In this document: piece by piece, positions 57,752 through 64,000 of the stretch | Layout of the letters: each line of letters starts with the position of its first letter | Numbering within the stretch: position 1 is the first letter of the stretch | Assembly: GCF_000372725.1 (NCBI RefSeq) | Contig: NW_005201792.1 | Span: 995,440 to 1,059,439, forward strand | Length of the DNA: 64,000 bases | Source: Emiliania huxleyi CCMP1516 | Taxonomy: Eukaryota | Reading direction: 5' to 3' | The notes under the pieces: generated by a model | Told to the model about the DNA's origin: nothing | Databases searched by the model: none | The model's input: the letters and a program-made list of their open reading frames with translations, nothing else | Position numbers and translations under genes: made by a program

Positions 57752-58237
57752 TCATATTGTGGACGGTCCGCTGGCCTTGGCAGTGAACTGCTTTGGCTTT
57801 GTCCCCTTGTTCGCTTCGGCGGCAATGATGGCGGCGGCGGCGGCCTGCTGGGCCTTGAGCTTGTCGCGGACGGACTTGCTAGCGTTTTTGTTGCTGGCCA
57901 GCGTCGCGGCCTGGTTGTGGTGCGTCTTCACCGCCTCCTTGGGCTTGTTGAACAGCGGCTCGTACCGCTCCGCCGGGAAGCACTCGCAGCGGCCTGTCTC
58001 CGGGTTGGGTGCTCGACGGCATGTGCAGTGCTTCTGGCACCAGTGCCGCTGGGCGACGGTCAGCGAGGCGAGTTTGGTGCCCCCGCACCCCACCTCCAAG
58101 CACTCGATGGTCAGGTTCGCCTTCTTGTCCCGCTCGGCGATCCCGGCAGTGCCTCCGCCGACGGAGGTCGTGGCAGCCTTCGCCTTCGCGGCTAGTTCCG
58201 CCGCCGTGTGCTTCTTAGGCTTCGCTTTGCCTCCCAT
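57752..58237 (-). CDS. MBS1-like (Methylene Blue Sensitivity) small zinc-finger protein
   Basis: MGGKAKPKKHTAAELAAK...GGGTAGIAER resembles the MBS N-terminus (GKAKPKKHTAKE...GGGKAGIADR), followed by a C2H2-like motif. Confidence 0.75.
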   Translation of the reverse strand: MGGKAKPKKHTAAELAAKAKAATTSVGGGTAGIAERDKKANLTIECLEVGCGGTKLASLTVAQRHWCQKHCTCRRAPNPETGRCECFPAERYEPLFNKPKEAVKTHHNQAATLASNKNASKSVRDKLKAQQAAAAAIIAAEANKGTKPKQFTAKASGPSTI

Positions 58238-58720
58238 CTCGCTCAAACAGCGAGCAACAGGCCCTCGTAGACAACGCGAGTCTGTCGGCCACGAAAAGAA
58301 TTCCTTGGCAATGCGCAGGGTCGGCGTGGAGGGCGATGAACGCGCCGCGAAACCTCGCCGCCTCACCGGTCCTCGCCAACGCCTCAAAAGTGGCGCAGAG
58401 TGAGGCGGAGAGAGAGATTTTTAGCAATACCTTAAAGAGAGGTTACAGGCGACGTAAGATCCGTTAGCGGAATACCAAACAACTCTAACACTCACACGTC
58501 ATTTGGGGCCTGGAGCCCTGGCATTTAAAGGTTGTTGGAAAACAGAACTTCGCCGGAGTTTAAAGTACGTTGGGGGGGCAGCTTTGGACGGTCGACTTCA
58601 ATTGTGGCCGTTGCCCTGTTCACGCGCGCGCAAGACGTGCAGACAGGGTTGCCAGGTGAGAGCGAATTGTTTTTGTCAGGCGGCGCCCCGAGCGAGCACG
58701 TGAGCCCCGTGGCTCCAACC

Positions 58721-58755
58721 TTGGAGCACTTGGAGCACTTGGAGCACTTGGAGCA
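58721..58755. repeat. (TTGGAGCAC)4, solo tail motif of the SINE-like family
   Basis: Directly visible. Confidence 0.85.
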
Positions 58756-59043
58756 ACCGGGCCCTTCCTTTTTTTGAGCAGGTGTGCCGCCGCGCGAGCG
58801 ACGCTCCGAGATCGCCCGACGCCTCGGCGCCGCGAGAGCAGCCGGTCGACGTCGGCACCAAGCGCGCGGCCGCCAGGCGCCTCCGAACCGACAGGGGCGC
58901 CGCGGCAGTAGAGAGCACTCCACCCGCCATACCGTTGTTATGGCGGCCGTAACCCCGAGCGGAGAGAGATCTAACATCGAAGGCAGCTCAAAATAAAATC
59001 CGCCGGCGCCACAAAACACCGCGCTCGCCCCCAACCCTTCGCC

Positions 59044-59727
59044 ATGCCGTCCACGGGCCGAGTTCGCATGCCGCAACACAACCGCGTCCAGACGTCGGCG
59101 TCTCTCAGCACCCACGGCATCTGGCAAAACGCCATTGGGTGCGGCCGCGTTTGGCCTGCCCCCGCACTCACCGCCGCGCTGACCGCCCATCGCCGCGGCA
59201 GGCACGATCCGTACGCCGGAGATGTGGACAAGGCAAAGGCGGAGACGAGCGCCGCTGCTGGCGGCGACAGCAGCGCGTACGATAACATGAAGGACCTTTT
59301 CGCTCTCGCGCGGCAGCAGGGGAGGCTGGCGGCTGACGACACGCGCGGCGGGTGGAAGGGGCAGGGCAAGCTGGGCTGGAAGGCGGGCGGGAACTGGGTG
59401 TCCGGCAAGGACCTGGGCGAGGTATCTCCCGAGCGCAAGGCGGCCGCAGACGACGACATGCCCTCGTCGACCTCGTCGTGGTCCGACATGTCCGACACCG
59501 AGGTGGCGCAGTACAAGGCGCCGGCAAAACGGAGCTCGGCCTCCTTCTTCGCGGCGCCGGCGGCGGCCGGCGGCGGCGGGGAGCGGAAGCGTCGGCGCGA
59601 CAAGGACGAGCGCAAGGAGAAGAAGAAGAAGAAGCACAAGAGCGAGCACAAGCACAAGAAGAGCAAGCAGAAGCACAAAGAGAAAGACGGCCACAAAGAG
59701 AGGAAGCGGAGGCGTGACTCGGACTGA
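59044..59727 (+). CDS. CAX-interacting protein 4 (CXIP4)-like protein
   Basis: MPSTGRVRMPQHNRVQTSASLSTHGIWQNAIG|HDPYA resembles the CXIP4 N-terminus; in-frame intron about 59139-59201; K/R/H-rich tail. Confidence 0.8.
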   Translation: MPSTGRVRMPQHNRVQTSASLSTHGIWQNAIGCGRVWPAPALTAALTAHRRGRHDPYAGDVDKAKAETSAAAGGDSSAYDNMKDLFALARQQGRLAADDTRGGWKGQGKLGWKAGGNWVSGKDLGEVSPERKAAADDDMPSSTSSWSDMSDTEVAQYKAPAKRSSASFFAAPAAAGGGGERKRRRDKDERKEKKKKKHKSEHKHKKSKQKHKEKDGHKERKRRRDSD

Positions 59728-60159
59728 TGAGCGATGCAGTATGCTGGGTTCGCGTTTTCGGAAAAGCTAAACATGCGTCTATCATACATAGTGCCGCCCT
59801 TCTCTTAACAGCTCTCTCCGCAGGCGCGGGCGTCGCGGGGCGCGCCGGGCCCGCCTCGCCCCGTAGTACAGGTGGGCGCGCTGGGGGGAGGCGGGGGGAC
59901 CGGGCCGCCACGCGCCGCCTCTCTCTCTCTCCCCCCACCACCTTGCACAGGACCAATCTACCCACAGACCGCACAGGGAGCCCTACCAGGCCATCGCGAA
60001 GCACATCCCTTGCCCCCTTCCCCTATCCCTCACCCCCAGCCCCAACCGACGAGAAAACAACCGCGTCCGGGGCGCGCAGAGCAGCCAAGCGCGCACAAGC
60101 GCCGGCTGGGCCACGACGCGCCGCCGCCGAAAAGAGTAGCAAATCGCGGCTCCCGCGCG

Positions 60160-62189
60160 TCACTTGGCCAGCGCCGTGGCGGGCCGCCAACGGCCCTGCA
60201 GCACCACCATCCATGTCGGCATGCAAGTCGCCGGCGCCGAGCCGCGCGTCTGGCTCTTGTGCGGCGGCGAGTGCGAGCGCCAATAAGTGTCGCTGAGCGG
60301 CGGCTCGTCGCGGCCGCCCCCGCCCCCGCCGCACGCGCCCGCGTTGGCGCCGCCGGGCGGGCCTCCGCCTCCGGGGGCGGCGGCCGCCCCCGCGCTGCTG
60401 CTGGCGCCCGGCGCCCCAGCCTCCTTTGGACTCACCGGGCCCTGGATGGCTACCGCGCTCAGCCCCAAAACTGCGGCCGCCGCGCCGCACCCGCCGCACC
60501 CGACGCTGCCGCGGGCAGGCGGCGGCGGATCCGCGTACTCGGCGTCGGCGCGGTACGCGCCCTCGCCATTGGCTTCGGCCGCGCCGCCCTCGCCCGGCCC
60601 GCCGCCGCCGCGCTGCGACGCCACCGCAGTCGTAAAGTAGATGGTCTGCACGGGCTGCGGCAGCTGCGCGCGAAGCTGCGCCTCGCGCGCCGCGGGCCCG
60701 AAGAACTCGTCCTCCCCCGCGCGGTCGCGCCCGTCCGCGTTGTAGAAGCCCACCAGGATGAAGCGGTCGCCCGACCGCACCTCGTTGCCCGCGTGCTTGA
60801 TGTTTCCATCGTGCACCAGGCAGTAGCCGCCCTTTGGGCGAATGAGGATGCCGTCGACGTCGGAGGAGGCGGCGGGGAAGTAGGTGCCGCCGCCGGTGAA
60901 CTCCTCCTCGTGCGAGAGGCACAGGTTGAAGGTCAGCGCCGTCTCGTCCTTGTGCAGCTTGAGCCCGCGCCCACCGGGCCGCTGCGACGCCGCGGAGTAG
61001 CGCACGATGAAGAGGTTGCCGGGCCGGGGGTAGGGCTGCTTGTCAAAGGCAGCCGTCAGGTGCGGGTACTGTCGCCGCGCAAACGGGAGCAGCCGTTCGC
61101 GGATCGCGCGGTGGACCAGGTCCTGCGACTCCTTTGTCAGGTTTTGCACAAGGACGTCTGCAGCAGGCGGGTGGACGCGGGGTGAGGAGCGGCGGCGGCC
61201 AAAGGGGCGTCAGGGACGGGGGCGGGCAGCGCGGGCCGCGACAGGGCCCTCTCGCGGTTCTCCGAGAGCGCTCGCCGAGCGGCTCTGGGGCTTGCCGAAC
61301 GGACGGCTCTCGGAAGGCTCTCGGAAGGCTCTCGGAAGGGTCCCAGAGGCGTGGCGCCTTGCGTCGGCAAGCTGACGCCGCGGTCGACCCACCCGATGGA
61401 GGATCCGATGCGCTTGGCATCGTCGAGCAGCGTCTTTGTGTCCTCGGGTGAGAACATCTGGAGCGCGTGCACCGACGAGGCGCGGCCCGAGCAGGGTGCC
61501 GACTTTTTCTGCTGCTCCGCGTGAAACTGGATGGTCGTCGACGTGGTCGGCACAAACACCGCTGCGCGGACCCGGCCTGTGGCGGGCGGCGCGGAGTGGC
61601 GGCGTGGGTGGAGGCGCGCGCAGCGCCGAGGGTGGGAGAGGCGGCGTGGCTGCTGCTGCGGCGGCGCGCGCCGTTCTGCGAGAAGCTCCCGGCCCCATCC
61701 ACCCGCAAGACCTCGACGTTGGAGCGCACAGAGTGGCTGCCAGAGGTGGCGATCCGAAGCTCCCTGCAGGAGCTCTGCTTCTTCTGCTCGCTCTTTCCGC
61801 GCAGCCTGTCGCAAGAGGCGCGGAGGACGCGGCTGGTGAGAAACGAGGCAGCCGGCGCGCGAGGAGAGCTGGAGCTGACAATGGGTTGGCGGGAGTTTCG
61901 CGCGCGCGCAGGCAGCTTGCTGAGAATGGGGAGCTGCGCGGCGCGAGAGGCGGAGACGTCGCGTGGGCGAGCGGGACGCGGCGACAGAGGCACGTCCTGA
62001 CGCCGCGCGGGGCACGTCGCCTCCCCATCCAGCCGGGATTGTGGTGGCTGGATGCCGGGTGATGACTGCGTTTCGCTTCGCCGCAGAGGCGGCGGGCCTT
62101 GGCCGGGCGTTTGGATTGGACGTGGGCTGGCGCAGGGCCGCTGGGCGTCCCCGAGAGGCTGGCGCTCACCCGCCGGTGAGCCACTGCAT
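60160..62189 (-). CDS. 2OG-Fe(II) oxygenase (PLOD/lysyl-hydroxylase C-terminal-like), multi-exon
   Basis: FIVRY, LKLHKD, TFNLCL, FTGGGTYF, KHAGNEVRSGDRFILVGF; 5' exons tentative. Confidence 0.8.
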
Positions 62190-62665
62190 GGCGAAGCGCT
62201 CTGGGGCTCGGAGACTTGGGGGTCCGGCGTGCAGAGTCAGTTCAGGCTCTGTGACCTGCCATCAACTCACACACACCCATTAGGGACCCCGACACCCGAA
62301 GTGATTCCGACAGCGTTCACGCCGTACTTGGTTGCCAGCGAAAGGGTTTGTTATTGTGAGGCCTGGGGGTCGACTAATTGTGAGGCGGAGGGAGAGAGAG
62401 TGTGTACAGAGTCAGAGAGAGAAGTGAGTGACGAGGCCGTCATCGCATTCGCCTTCTGGGACCCAGCGCTGACTTCTGACTGTCACTGCTGTCTCTCCCT
62501 TCTCGACTGTCTGTGCTTGTGCGTCTTGGGTCCGGGGTTGTGTTTTTGTGTGAAAAAGGATTTATGTGAACAGCGCAACAAGGCCAGAAAAATTTTATTT
62601 TTTTTTGAAACAGGAAGTGTCCGAGACCTCGTGCTACTCGAGTGCACATCTTGGCGCGAATCGTG

Positions 62666-64000
62666 ATGCCCAGCAGCACTCGCTCCGGCGTGCTTGCCAC
62701 TCGAGCGCCCGCCCCCACCGCCACAGAGACTGCCGCAGAGACTCCGGCAGAGACTCCCACCGCCGAACCTGGCCTCTCGGCCTACGAACTGGAGCGGCTC
62801 GCCAACATACGAGCAAATGAGGCTATTCTCGCATCACTCAACCTTGTGAGCTTCAAATCAGAGATGGGGCTCAAGTCCTCCTCAGCGCGTCCGTCGCAGC
62901 GCGGCGTCGCCAACGCGTCTCGAAAGCGCTCCTCTTCGACTCCGACCGTCCCGACCCGGCAATCGTCCCGAACCCGCAATGTGGCACCAGAGTTCAGTGG
63001 GGTTGCCGAGGAGCACCGCGATGGCCGGATCGAACTCGACTCGGGAGACATCATCGCCCCGGGTGTTGGCAAGGTTGCCCGCCCGGAAGACCTCTTCAAG
63101 CAGCTCGACCCGCGCACGCCGATCCCTTTCCACCGCGTCAACGACGACGACATGGAGGAGGCGGAGGAGGACGTGCGGGCGGAGGACGTGGAGGCGGCGG
63201 CGGCGGCGATGGCGGCGGAGGACGCAGCGGAGGAGGAGGAGGAGGAAGAGGAGGACGTGCCCCTCTCTGCGCGCCTGCCGCCGGCCGCACGCGCTGCGGC
63301 TGCTGCGCTGCCAAAGCCCGACGAGCGGGACGGCGCACTGCTCCGCCTCGTCACCTCCGGCCAGGAGGGAGGCTCGAGGGAGGAGGCGCCCCGACAAAAG
63401 GGCAGGCCGGCCGGCAAGGGACGGGGCGCCGCCAAGCCGCCCGCCGCTGCCTCCTCCCTCGCACGCTGCTCGCTCGCCGAGGCGGACGTGGCCAAGGTGA
63501 GCCCCCCCGTGTGCGGCTTAGCTGTGGCAAGAGCGCCGGTTCACAGATGGGTTGATAAGAAACAAGAAGCTTCACAGCCTTGCGCGCGCGAGCAGGTGAC
63601 CAAGTCCGCGGTGGTGCACCTGCAGTTCCAGCCGCGCGACGACACGCTCCTCCTCGCGGCGGGCGACAAGGACGGCCACGTGTCGCTGTGGCACTGCGAC
63701 CGCGCCGAGGACGACCCGTCCGACGGCGTGCACCTGCACAGGCCGCACAAGCAGTACATCTGCGGGCTGCGGTGAGATGCGGCCGAGATGCGGCCGAGAG
63801 AGGGTAGTCGGCGCCCCTCTCCGCCCCGCTGCGACGCCTCTTTCGACGCCCCAGGTGGCAGCCGCACTCGCTAGACTGCCTCTTCTCCGCCTCGTACGAC
63901 GGGACCGCAAAGTGCCTCCGGCTCGGCCGGCGCGAGTTTGTGACGCTCTGCCACGCCGACAAGGAGTTCTCCGCCTTCACGCTCGGACAGGCCTGCCCCT
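62666..64000 (+). CDS. WDR76: WD40 protein WDR76/CMR1-like, truncated by the window end
   Basis: LSAYELERLANIRANEAILASL N-terminal motif; LLAAGDKDGHVSLW; LFSASYDGT. Confidence 0.85.

Noticed and set aside
1..64000. Hundreds of Arg/Ala/Pro-rich overlapping ORFs; TnpB/Fanzor nuclease
   Set aside because: These are shadow frames caused by high GC; no RuvC-like motif set was recognised in any ORF.

Overview
Eukaryotic, very GC-rich draft-assembly sequence with two N gaps, short introns (many GC-AG), TTAGGG tracts and abundant micro/minisatellites. The style suggests a haptophyte such as Emiliania/Gephyrocapsa huxleyi (inference only). About 22 host genes are supportable: TPR protein, GH36/raffinose-synthase-like hydrolase, PDZ-like protein, CRAL-TRIO, class-3 lipase, Myb, purple acid phosphatase, RRM, RLP24, PHO80-like cyclin, OTUD5-like DUB plus a truncated duplicate, two 2OG-Fe(II) oxygenases, ZIP transporter, MBS1-like and CXIP4-like proteins, WDR76/CMR1 and several hypotheticals. 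They are interspersed with mobile DNA: an RNase H-bearing LINE-like family, a structured SINE-like family, two hAT-like MITEs and an RLE-retroelement relic. Most unusual: (1) an exactly 3.0-kb intronless unit (about 13.5-16.6 kb) bracketed by two related stem-loops whose minus-strand loops end in TAC, with an ORF resembling a degenerate CRESS-type Rep (candidate rolling-circle element, speculative); (2) a six-copy array of a 380-bp unit built from consecutive hairpins, inside direct repeats and a 665-bp duplication of the OTU gene 5' end; (3) a direct-repeat-bounded segment with interstitial telomere tracts and a ~185-bp hairpin satellite. All protein calls rest on motif recognition by eye; exon boundaries are approximate.
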